Shown: positions 15,321 through 24,000 of the stretch, piece after piece | How the letters are laid out: every line of letters begins with the position of its first letter | Position numbering within the stretch: the first letter of the stretch is position 1 | NCBI GenBank assembly: GCA_963665575.2 | Contig: CAXXDW010000006.1 | Location: 836,444 to 860,443, forward strand | Reading direction: 5' to 3' | From: Gammaproteobacteria bacterium | Lineage (GTDB): Bacteria; Pseudomonadota; Gammaproteobacteria; Steroidobacterales; Rariloculaceae | Length of the DNA: 24,000 nt | Position numbers and translations under genes: made by a program | Notes under the pieces: generated by a model | What the model saw: the letters and a program-made list of their open reading frames with translations, nothing else | Databases searched by the model: none | Told to the model about the DNA's origin: nothing

Positions 15321-15802
15321 CGGGGTGCTGGCCCTGGATGGATGCGGGCGACTACAAATAACAGATTGTGCCCGGCGAGCCTAGCCCGCAAACTTCATCC
15401 AGCCGCACTTTTCCATGGTGCATTACGGATGAATTTCAAAAGTTTGCAGGACAATCCATGGCTTCGCACAGGTGACAGCATGCGCTGGCCCCGCCCTCGC
15501 TGGTCCTTTTCGTGCAGGCGCCCACATGCTCCGGGCACCACTAGCCCGCTATGGTTCCGGTCACGAGCACGTGCCTGTACGCCCCAGATACATGTGATCG
15601 GGCCTGCGCGATCATCGCGGCCCGTGGCGAGACTTGCGCGCCAGACTCTGACTGAACTGTCGCGCTGAGAGTCGCCCGGTCTGGCACGTGAGGACGAAAT
15701 GCCGCAGGTCCCTCGCTGCTATCGTAGTTCAATGAGTGGGATGTCAGATCAATTACGAGCCCCCAAACCTTAGCAGTCTCATGCGAGGTATTAGGATAAA
15801 TG

Positions 15803-15836
15803 TCCCACATGGCGCATAACAACTAGCATGTGGGAG
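15803..15836. other. 9-bp stem hairpin in the low-GC core of the gene-free gap (possible pyrF terminator)
   Basis: tcccacatg (15803-15811) pairs with catgtggga (15828-15836) across a 16-nt loop. On the minus strand it is followed by catttatcc. It lies about 160 nt downstream of the pyrF stop. Confidence 0.3.
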
Positions 15837-15997
15837 AGTTGTTCAAGATCTGGCCATTGATATCCCAGACAGTGTCGGGAATCCGACAGTCAGTGGCGAA
15901 ATCTTAGCTAGGAGTGGGACGTTTCGACCGTCGGGAGCGAGTGCGGCAATCAGCACGCCGGCCGGTCGACTGTAGCCGCGCCGCGATGCTGTCGCAC

Positions 15998-16786
15998 TCA
16001 GGCCGCCCGGCCCGGTGCGTCGCGCAGCGCGGCGTCGATGTCGAAGATGATCGTCCGGGCGGTTTGTGCCGGGTCGGCAGCGTTCCTTATCGGCCGGCCG
16101 ACGACGAGGTAGTCCGAACCCGCGAGTATCGCTTCGCGCGGGGTCAGGCTGCGCTTGTGATCGTCCGTGGCTGCGCCGCCCGGCCTGATCCCCGGGGTCA
16201 CGATCAGCGCCGTGCTCCCGAATCTCTCCCTGATTTCGCCGACGGAACTTCCTGAAGCGATGACGCCTTCACATCCCGACCCGAGAATCGTGCGGGTGCG
16301 GTTCAATACCGCCTGGTCGAGCGTGATGTCGGCGGATTCCGGGAGGCCGACGTACGCCTTGAGGTCCCCGCTGTCCCAGCTCGACAGAAAGGTGATCTGC
16401 AGGAACTTCGGCGTCGTGCGGCTGCCGCGGCCGTCGATGGCGGCGATGGCGGTATCCCGGTTGCCTTGCAGGGTGAAGAATTCGACGCCGTCGATGGCGG
16501 CCCGGCGAACGGCGGCGGCGACGGTTCTGGGCGTGTCGTCGATCTTGAGGTCGAGGAACACCTTCTTCCCTGCGCCGATCAGCTCCTCGACGAAGCTCAT
16601 GCCGGGGCCGACGAAGAGCTGCAGCCCGACCTTGTAGAAGCACACCGAGTCACCGAGGGACCCGACCAGATCGCGGGCTTCGGCGGGGGTATCGAAGTCG
16701 AGTGCGACGATGAGCCGCTCGGATGCGGGAATCTGCCGTTCGATTGCGGTTCTCCGGAACGTGTCTGCTGCCGCGGGTGGCGCCAA
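15998..16786 (-). CDS. pyrF: Orotidine 5'-phosphate decarboxylase
   Basis: The active-site pattern is conserved (LIVALDF, FLDLKIDDTPRT as a D-x-K-x-x-D variant, VTPGIRP, DDHKRSLTP, DYLVVGRPI). The track start at 16786 is TTG, so the exact start is uncertain. Confidence 0.85.
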   Translation of the reverse strand: MAPPAAADTFRRTAIERQIPASERLIVALDFDTPAEARDLVGSLGDSVCFYKVGLQLFVGPGMSFVEELIGAGKKVFLDLKIDDTPRTVAAAVRRAAIDGVEFFTLQGNRDTAIAAIDGRGSRTTPKFLQITFLSSWDSGDLKAYVGLPESADITLDQAVLNRTRTILGSGCEGVIASGSSVGEIRERFGSTALIVTPGIRPGGAATDDHKRSLTPREAILAGSDYLVVGRPIRNAADPAQTARTIIFDIDAALRDAPGRAA

Positions 16787-16925
16787 AGCCTGAGCCGGGG
16801 AATTTCGCGGGCTCCGGGTCCGCGCCGGCAGCGATCATAGCATGGGGTTTGCGCCGCGCCGGGTGCCCGCGGCTTGCCGCCGCGCGGGCGCTCAGCCAAA
16901 GTACGCCGGACACTGGATCGGGTTG

Positions 16926-17369
16926 ATGATCGGTTTGCTGCAACGTGTGAGTGAGGCCTCGGTCGCGATCGACGGCGCAAGCGTCGCCGCGATCGGGCGC
17001 GGTCTGCTCGTGCTCGTTGGCGTCGAGCGCGGTGACGGCGAGCGCGAGGCTGGCCGACTGGCCGAGCGGCTGCTCGCGTATCGTGTGTTTCCCGACAGCG
17101 GCGGGCGCATGAATCTGAGCGTACGCGACATCGGCGGCGAGGTGCTGCTCGTGCCGCAGTTCACGCTGGCCGCCGATACGCGCAAGGGTAACCGGCCCGG
17201 CTTCTCGCGGGCCGCGGAGCCCGCGCGTGGCGAGGCCCTGTTCGGCGCGCTCGCCGCGCAATTCGAGCGGCTCGGCACGCCGCCCCGCTGCGGGCGCTTC
17301 GGCGCCGACATGCAGGTCAGCCTCGTCAACGACGGTCCGGTCACCATCTGGTTGCAGGTTACGGCGTAG
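16926..17369 (+). CDS. dtd: D-aminoacyl-tRNA deacylase
   Basis: The start is taken at ATG 16926 (MIGLLQRVSEASV), giving 147 aa, the canonical Dtd length. Motifs present: LLVLVGV, VPQFTLAADTRKGNRPGF and GADMQVSLVNDGPVTIWL. Confidence 0.92.
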   Translation: MIGLLQRVSEASVAIDGASVAAIGRGLLVLVGVERGDGEREAGRLAERLLAYRVFPDSGGRMNLSVRDIGGEVLLVPQFTLAADTRKGNRPGFSRAAEPARGEALFGALAAQFERLGTPPRCGRFGADMQVSLVNDGPVTIWLQVTA

Positions 17370-17439
17370 CGTGCTGCGGGGAATCCGACGGCGCGCTTTA
17401 GCGTATGATTGAACGCTAGGACAGTCTCGGAGGGCTGAC

Positions 17440-17697
17440 ATGGGATTCGGCGGAATAAGTATCTGGCAGCTCCTGATCGTGCTGCTCATCGTTATGCTGG
17501 TTTTCGGCACCAAGCGGATCAAATCGCTGGGCGGCGACCTCGGCGGTGCAATCAAGAGCTTCAGGGGAGCCATGGACACGGAGAACGCCAAGGGTACTGA
17601 CGACGGCGCAGAGTCCGGGGAGCAAAAGCAGATCGAAACCGAAAGCGCCCCTGACGCACAGTTCGCCGAGCAGAAGGAACAACAGCGGCAGGGATGA
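17440..17697 (+). CDS. tatA: Twin-arginine translocase subunit TatA
   Basis: 85 aa, [45 protein letters not shown]: the canonical TatA TM helix, hinge and amphipathic helix. RBS ggaggg lies upstream. Confidence 0.95.
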   Translation: MGFGGISIWQLLIVLLIVMLVFGTKRIKSLGGDLGGAIKSFRGAMDTENAKGTDDGAESGEQKQIETESAPDAQFAEQKEQQRQG

Positions 17698-17713
17698 GGA
17701 GCGGGCATAGTCG

Positions 17714-18187
17714 ATGTTCGACGCCGGTTTCAGCGAACTGGTCCTGCTGTTTGCGATCGGGCTGCTCATCCTCGGGCCCGAGAGACTGCCGCGCGTAGCG
17801 AGCCAGATCGGCCGCTGGGTCAGCAAGGCGCGCCGCACCGCAAGCCAGCTTCGCCGCCAGCTCGAACGCGAGATGGCGCTCAACGAGATTCGCCAGAAGT
17901 CGCAGCAGCAGCCGCCCAAGCCACCGCCCTCCGCCAGGTCCGGCGCCGCTGACGGCGAGGCGAGCGATTCGGACGCTGCGCCCGGCACGACGTCCGCCAA
18001 CGACGGCGCCGGGGCCGACAGCGCCGCAAACGGTTCGCAAGCGAACCCGGCTGAGCCGGGCGACTCATCGGAGGGTCCGCCGGGCGACGCTGGCGCGGCT
18101 GCGGCCGAGCCTGGCCCGGCAGCGGCCGCGGGAGCTGAATCGTCGGGTTCGGGCGAAACCCCGCGCCAGTCTGCGGCCGACACATGA
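17714..18187 (+). CDS. tatB: Twin-arginine translocase subunit TatB
   Basis: 157 aa, MFDAGFSELVLLFAIGLLILGPERLPRVASQIGRWVSKARR: the canonical TatB N-terminus followed by a low-complexity tail. It sits between tatA and tatC, and its stop overlaps the tatC start (ATGA). Confidence 0.93.
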   Translation: MFDAGFSELVLLFAIGLLILGPERLPRVASQIGRWVSKARRTASQLRRQLEREMALNEIRQKSQQQPPKPPPSARSGAADGEASDSDAAPGTTSANDGAGADSAANGSQANPAEPGDSSEGPPGDAGAAAAEPGPAAAAGAESSGSGETPRQSAADT

Positions 18188-18989
18188 GCACATCGTCCGA
18201 GAATCCCGACAACGCTTCTGCCGAGACCGGGGAGGAACAGCTCGCCGAGGGCACGCTGCTGTCACACCTCGTGGAACTGCGCCAGCGTCTGGTCTGGGCG
18301 ACGCTTTCGGTGCTCGTGATCTTCCTCTGTCTCGTACCGTTCGCCCAGCAGATCTTCACCTGGGTTTCGAACCCGCTGACCGACGTCCTGCCCGAAGGCT
18401 CGACGATGATCGTCACGGGAATCGCGTCGCCGTTTCTGACGCCGTTCAAGACGACGCTCTTCGTCGCATTGTTCATCGCCATGCCGGTGGTGCTCTACCA
18501 GATCTGGAGGTTCGTCGCACCGGGGCCCTGTATCGGCGCGAGAAGCGATTCGCGGTGCCCCTGCTCGTGTCGAGCATCCTGCTGTTCTATTGCGGTGTCG
18601 CGTTCGCCTATTTCATCGTGTTTCGTCTTGCGTTCGCGTTCTTCGTCTCGGTGACGCCGGAAAGCGTTGCCAACATGCCCGAGATCAATGCGTACCTGGG
18701 CTTCATTCTCACGATCTTTTTCGCTTTCGGGCTCGCGTTCGAAGTGCCGATCGCGACGTTCATGCTCGTGTGGAGCCGGCTCGTGTCGATCAAGACCCTG
18801 GCCCGCGCGCGCGCCTACGTATTCCTCGGCGCGTTCGTCGTCGGCATGCTGCTGACGCCGCCCGACATCATCTCGCAGACGCTGCTGGCGGTGCCGATCT
18901 ACCTGCTCTACGAAAGCGGCCTCATGCTCTGCCGGATCATGCTGCCCGACGTCGTCCGACAGGGCGAAGAAGCCGACGAGCAGGCGTGA
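18184..18989 (+). pseudogene. tatC: Twin-arginine translocase subunit TatC, reading frame broken by one indel (true pseudogene or sequence error)
   Basis: The N-terminal part (LSHLVELRQRLVWA...MPVVLYQIWRFVAPG) is in the frame of ATG 18184. The remainder (LYRREKRFAVPLLVSSILLFYCGVAFAYFIVF...FVVGMLLTPPDIISQTLLAVPIYLLYE) is in the frame of track ORF 18555-18989. The switch lies within ccggggccctg (18520-18530). Total length is 806 nt, one short of a multiple of three. Confidence 0.9.
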
Positions 18990-19029
18990 GGCCTGCCCTG
19001 ACTCCAAGCCGCGCCGAGCGCGTCTCCCG

Positions 19030-20523
<1,494 letters not shown>

Positions 20524-22440
20524 ATGAACGAAGAACCTCAAACGCGAGCGCTGCTCCCGCAGCTCACGCTCAAGGCCATCGCGCTCGGCGTCGTCCTGTC
20601 GGCCGTGCTCGCCGGGGCGAACGCCTATCTTGGCCTTTTTGCCGGCCTGACGGTCTCGGCGTCTATCCCTGCGGCCGTGATTTCGATGGCCGTGCTCAAG
20701 CTCTTCCGGGATTCGAACATCCTCGAGAACAACATCGTGCAGACGGCGGCTTCGGCAGGCGAAGCCCTGGCAGCCGGCGTGATCTTCACCCTGCCGGCGC
20801 TGGTCATCCTGAACTACTGGAACGTGTTCGACTATCTTTGGGTCACGATGATCGCCGGTCTCGGCGGGCTGCTCGGCGTGCTCTTTACCGTGCCGCTAAG
20901 GCGCACGCTCATCGTCGATCTCAAGCTCGCCTATCCGGAGGGCAGAGCGACAGCCGAAGTTCTCAAGGTCGGCGAGTCGCCGGCCAGCGGGGCGAAACTG
21001 CTCGCGCTTGCGGCCATTACCGGCGCGCTCGTCAAGCTCGCTGAAACGGGCTTGAGGCTCTGGCCGTCGACGGCGCAGGCCGCAACGTATGTCGGCCAGA
21101 ACACGATCGCCTACGTCGGCGCCAACTCGTCGCCCGCACTGATCAGCGTGGGCTATATCGTGGGCCTCAACATCGCCGTGCTCGTGTTCGCCGGTGGCGC
21201 GATCTCCTGGTACGTCGCCATTCCGATCTATTCGGCGCTCTTCCTCGACAGCGATCCGGCTCTCGCCGCCGCGCGTGCCGAGAACCTGGCGGCCGCGGAT
21301 CTCGCGTTCGCGATCTGGACTTCGAAGATCCGCTACCTCGGCGTCGGCGCGATGCTCGTCGGCGGGGTCTGGGCCCTGATATCGATGCGCGGTTCGCTGT
21401 TTTCGGGAATTCGCGACGGACTGGCCCGGCGCACTGCCGGCGCCGCGCATACCGAGCAGGACACCCCCATGCCGTGGGTCATTACGGGCGTGGCCGTGCT
21501 CGTGATCCCGATACTTGCGCTGTACTACAGCATCGTCGGCACGTTCGGCGTCGCGCTCGCGATGACGGCGATCATGGTCGTCGCGGGGTTCCTGTTCTCG
21601 TCGGTCGCGGCCTACATGGCGGGCCTCGTCGGGTCGTCGAACAACCCGGTCTCGGGCATCACCATCGCGACGATCCTGTTTACCTCATTGCTGCTGCTGT
21701 TTCTCATGGGCGAGTCGGCGGGCGTCGGCGCCGCCGCCGCGATCATGGTCGGCGCGGTCGTGTGCTGTGCGGCGGCGATCGGCGGCGACAATCTTCAGGA
21801 CCTCAAGGCGGGCCACATCGTCGGCGCGACGCCGTGGCGCCAGCAACTCATGCAAGCCATCGGCGTGATCTCGGCCGTGCTCGTCATGGCGCCGATACTG
21901 AATCTGATGCTCGCGGCCTACGGCATCGGCCCGCCGACCGCCGAACAGCCGAACTCGCTGCTCGCACCGCAGGCGACGCTCATGGCGTCGGTCGCCGAAG
22001 GCGTATTCGGCGCGGGCTTGCCGTGGGGCATGGTCGGGCTCGGGGCGCTGATCGGTGTCGCGATCATCGGGCTCGACCGCTATCTCGTGCAGGCGACGCA
22101 GGGCGCCTGGCGTGCGCCGGTGCTCGCGGTCGCCGTCGGCATCTATCTGCCGCTGGAGCTTTCCGTGCCGATCCTCGCGGGCGGCCTGATCGCCCACTTC
22201 GCCGCTCGGCGGCGCTCGCCGGAGAGCCGCGACTGGAGCGCGCGCAATGGCCTGTTGTTCGCGGCGGGGCTCATCACGGGCGAGGCGCTCATCGGTATCC
22301 TCATGGCGATCCCGATCGTGGTGAGCGGCAACCCGGACGTGATCGCACTGCCGGTGTCGCTGCCGGCCATCGCGGGTCTCGCCGTGGTGGCGGCCGTCGC
22401 GCTTGCGCTTTACCGTACCGCGACGCGAGGCTCCGATTGA
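20524..22440 (+). CDS. OPT-family oligopeptide transporter
   Basis: 638 aa and highly polytopic. The N-terminus LTLKAIALGVVLSAVLAGANAYLGLFAGLTVSASIPAAVISMAVLK and the overall size fit bacterial OPT-superfamily proteins. ATG 20524 directly abuts the POT stop (TGA-ATG). Confidence 0.88.
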   Translation: MNEEPQTRALLPQLTLKAIALGVVLSAVLAGANAYLGLFAGLTVSASIPAAVISMAVLKLFRDSNILENNIVQTAASAGEALAAGVIFTLPALVILNYWNVFDYLWVTMIAGLGGLLGVLFTVPLRRTLIVDLKLAYPEGRATAEVLKVGESPASGAKLLALAAITGALVKLAETGLRLWPSTAQAATYVGQNTIAYVGANSSPALISVGYIVGLNIAVLVFAGGAISWYVAIPIYSALFLDSDPALAAARAENLAAADLAFAIWTSKIRYLGVGAMLVGGVWALISMRGSLFSGIRDGLARRTAGAAHTEQDTPMPWVITGVAVLVIPILALYYSIVGTFGVALAMTAIMVVAGFLFSSVAAYMAGLVGSSNNPVSGITIATILFTSLLLLFLMGESAGVGAAAAIMVGAVVCCAAAIGGDNLQDLKAGHIVGATPWRQQLMQAIGVISAVLVMAPILNLMLAAYGIGPPTAEQPNSLLAPQATLMASVAEGVFGAGLPWGMVGLGALIGVAIIGLDRYLVQATQGAWRAPVLAVAVGIYLPLELSVPILAGGLIAHFAARRRSPESRDWSARNGLLFAAGLITGEALIGILMAIPIVVSGNPDVIALPVSLPAIAGLAVVAAVALALYRTATRGSD

Positions 22441-22456
22441 TGATCCGTCGGGCAAG

Positions 22457-22499
22457 CTGCACGGCACTCACGGCCAACGGGCGCTGCCTTGCCGTGCGG
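22457..22499. terminator. Candidate terminator hairpin between convergent genes
   Basis: ctgcacggca (22457-22466) pairs with tgccgtgcgg (22490-22499), giving 9 Watson-Crick pairs plus one G-U, across a 23-nt loop. It lies in the 84-bp gap between the OPT gene (+) and the DUF2905-like gene (-). There is no U-tract. Confidence 0.25.
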
Positions 22500-22524
22500 G
22501 GTTCGGTGCGCGGCGATTTGCGGC

Positions 22525-22737
22525 TCAGCGGCGGAAGAAAAAGTTTGCGATCAGTGTGAGCACGATGCTGATGACGATCATCGACGTCAACGGAACGTAC
22601 ACGCGTGAGTTGCCGCGCGTGATTTCGATGTCGCCGGGAAGGCGGCCGAACCAGGACACGAGCCAGGGCGCATACTGCATGATGAGCCCGGCCGCGACGA
22701 GCGCGACGCCGGCGCCGATCAGTACCTTTGCGAGCAT
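22525..22737 (-). CDS. Small membrane protein, DUF2905-like
   Basis: 70 aa from ATG 22737: MLAKVLIGAGVALVAAGLIMQYAPWLVSWFGRLPGDIEITRGNSRVYVPLTSMIVISIVLTLIANFFFRR. The GRLPGDI...YFP/YVP pattern with two TM helices fits the DUF2905 family. The rest of the 360-aa track ORF is antisense shadow. Confidence 0.75.
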   Translation of the reverse strand: MLAKVLIGAGVALVAAGLIMQYAPWLVSWFGRLPGDIEITRGNSRVYVPLTSMIVISIVLTLIANFFFRR

Positions 22738-22755
22738 GATGCTGGAATTCGACCA

Positions 22756-23904
22756 GTGAGCAGCGTCGAAAGCAAGCTGTCGAACGCCGGCACGACGATC
22801 TTCACCGTGATGTCGGCACTCGCGGCGAAACACGGGGCGATCAATCTTTCGCAGGGCTTCCCCGACTTCGATCCGCCTGCGCTGCTCATCGAGCGCGTCG
22901 GCCATCACCTGGGCACGGGTCGAAACCAGTACCCGCCGATGCCGGGCGTGCCCGAACTCAGGGAGGCGATCGCTGCGAAACTCCGGGCGCTTTATGACGT
23001 ACACGTCGACCCCGAGTCGGAGATCACCGTGACGAGCGGTGCGACGACGGCGCTTTTCTGTGCCGTGCAGGCGCTCGTGCGCGGCGGCGACGAGGTCATC
23101 GTGCTCGATCCCGCCTACGATTCGTATGAACCCGCCGTGACGCTCGCGGGGGGCACGACGGTGCACGTGCCGCTCGAGGCGCCGGCATTTTCGATCGACT
23201 TCGACCGTCTGCAGGCGAGCCTTTGCGATCGAACCCGGCTCATCATCCTCAATTCCCCGCACAATCCGACCGGCGCGCTCATCGGCGCTGCCGATCTGGA
23301 CCGGCTTGCGGCGATGATTCGCCCCTTCGGCTGTTTCGTGCTCAGCGACGAGGTCTACGAGCACATCGTCTTTGACGGCGAACCGCACGCGACAGTGCTC
23401 GCCCACCCGGAACTCGCCGAGCGCAGCCTCGCGGTGTTCTCCTTCGGCAAGACTTATCACGCGACGGGCTGGAAGGTCGGCTACTGCGTCGCGCCGCGCG
23501 GCCTTTCGCTGGAATTTCGCCGCGTGCATCAGTTCGTGACGTTCGCGACGGTGGCACCGGTCCAGTACGCGCTCGCCGATTACCTGTCCGGGCACCCGGA
23601 GCATCACCTCGGCCTACCGGAGTTCTACGCCGACAAGCGCGACCATTTCGTGCGCCTGCTCGACGGTTCGAGGTTCCGGGTCACGCCGTCGCGAGGCACC
23701 TATTTTCAGCTCGCCGACTACAGCGAGATCTCCGATCTGCCCGACGTGGAATTCGCCCGGTGGCTCACGATGGAGCACGGAGTTGCGGTGATCCCGATCT
23801 CGGTCTTCTACGAGCGCGCGCCGGCGGACCGCTATGTCAGGTTCTGTTTCGCCAAGCAAGCCGCGACGCTCGAACAGGCGGCCTCAAGGCTCGCCGGGTT
23901 GTGA
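22756..23904 (+). CDS. Class I/II pyridoxal-phosphate aminotransferase, YbdL (methionine aminotransferase)-like
   Basis: 382 aa with a GTG start. Motifs present: INLSQGFPDF, NQYPPMPG, NSPHNPTG, the PLP-lysine motif SFGKTYHATGWKVGY, and C-terminal RFCFAK. Confidence 0.9.
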   Translation: MSSVESKLSNAGTTIFTVMSALAAKHGAINLSQGFPDFDPPALLIERVGHHLGTGRNQYPPMPGVPELREAIAAKLRALYDVHVDPESEITVTSGATTALFCAVQALVRGGDEVIVLDPAYDSYEPAVTLAGGTTVHVPLEAPAFSIDFDRLQASLCDRTRLIILNSPHNPTGALIGAADLDRLAAMIRPFGCFVLSDEVYEHIVFDGEPHATVLAHPELAERSLAVFSFGKTYHATGWKVGYCVAPRGLSLEFRRVHQFVTFATVAPVQYALADYLSGHPEHHLGLPEFYADKRDHFVRLLDGSRFRVTPSRGTYFQLADYSEISDLPDVEFARWLTMEHGVAVIPISVFYERAPADRYVRFCFAKQAATLEQAASRLAGL

Positions 23905-24000
23905 GCGACGCCGCGCGCGAGCCGCCGCGCAACAGTCCGGTGGCCGCTGTCGATCCACGCGCGGTGCGGCTCATCAAGACGGCTGGCGTCGCTTCGGTCG

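Noticed and set aside
14349-15668. 439-aa plus-strand ORF opposite the TRAP binding-protein gene.
   Set aside because: It is an antisense shadow. The minus-strand frame has a signal peptide and clear family similarity.
15541-15822. 93-aa minus-strand ORF (TTG start) in the gene-free gap.
   Set aside because: GC3 is only about 60%, much lower than in real genes here. There is no RBS, no recognisable motif, and the start codon is non-ATG.
15873-15894. tRNA T-arm-like hairpin gtcgg-gaat-ccgac, raising the possibility of a tRNA or tRNA-fragment att site.
   Set aside because: The loop is 4 nt rather than the 7-nt TTCRANY loop. No complementary acceptor 5' strand, D-arm or anticodon arm could be placed upstream on either strand.
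16650-17708. 352-aa minus-strand ORF spanning pyrF upstream, dtd and tatA.
   Set aside because: It is antisense to well-supported dtd and tatA, with low-complexity S/P/R-rich content.
22738-23607. Upstream 290 aa of the 360-aa minus-strand ORF 22525-23607.
   Set aside because: It is antisense to the aminotransferase gene and has a shadow-frame composition. Only the terminal 70 aa (the DUF2905-like protein) look real.
23901-24000. Possible start of a further plus-strand gene (GTG 23901 overlapping the aminotransferase stop as GTGA; reads VSDAAREPPRNSPVAAVDPRAVRLIKTAG...).
   Set aside because: Only 33 codons are visible and they contain no recognisable motif, so there is too little to support a feature call.

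Overview
This is a GC-rich chromosomal segment whose gene content and order (trkAH, pyrF, dtd, tatABC) look like ordinary proteobacterial core genome, probably gammaproteobacterial. I found no integrase, transposase, prophage, cas gene or recognisable defence module.

Gene content from left to right:
- A MATE efflux gene whose 5' end lies outside the window.
- trkA and trkH, separated by an AT-rich 102-nt segment closed by a perfect 14-bp inverted repeat.
- A minus-strand membrane-anchored protein built from 33-bp (11-residue) tandem repeats.
- A small TPR protein.
- A short CRISPR-like repeat set with no cas genes nearby.
- TRAP small and large permease genes, with a relic copy of the small-subunit 3' end between them.
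- A minus-strand respiratory block: azurin, cox subunit II fused to two c-type haem domains, subunit I, two subunit-III paralogues, subunit IV, and a small unknown membrane ORF.
- A TRAP solute-binding protein with a Tat/lipobox signal.
- A 677-bp gene-free gap with a low-GC core.
- pyrF, dtd and tatA-tatB-tatC.
- POT and OPT peptide transporters that abut each other.
- A DUF2905-like small membrane protein and a YbdL-like aminotransferase.

Two conserved genes are each broken by one frame change inside a G/C run: cox subunit III near 9.2 kb and tatC near 18.52 kb. Sequencing or assembly error is the simplest explanation for both.

The items most worth follow-up are the orphan CRISPR-like repeats, the repeat protein, the trkA-trkH inverted-repeat insert, the gene-free low-GC gap, and the azurin-cox locus architecture. 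None of them amounts to a demonstrable new system from sequence alone.

Many long ORFs in the six-frame track are high-GC shadow frames and were rejected.
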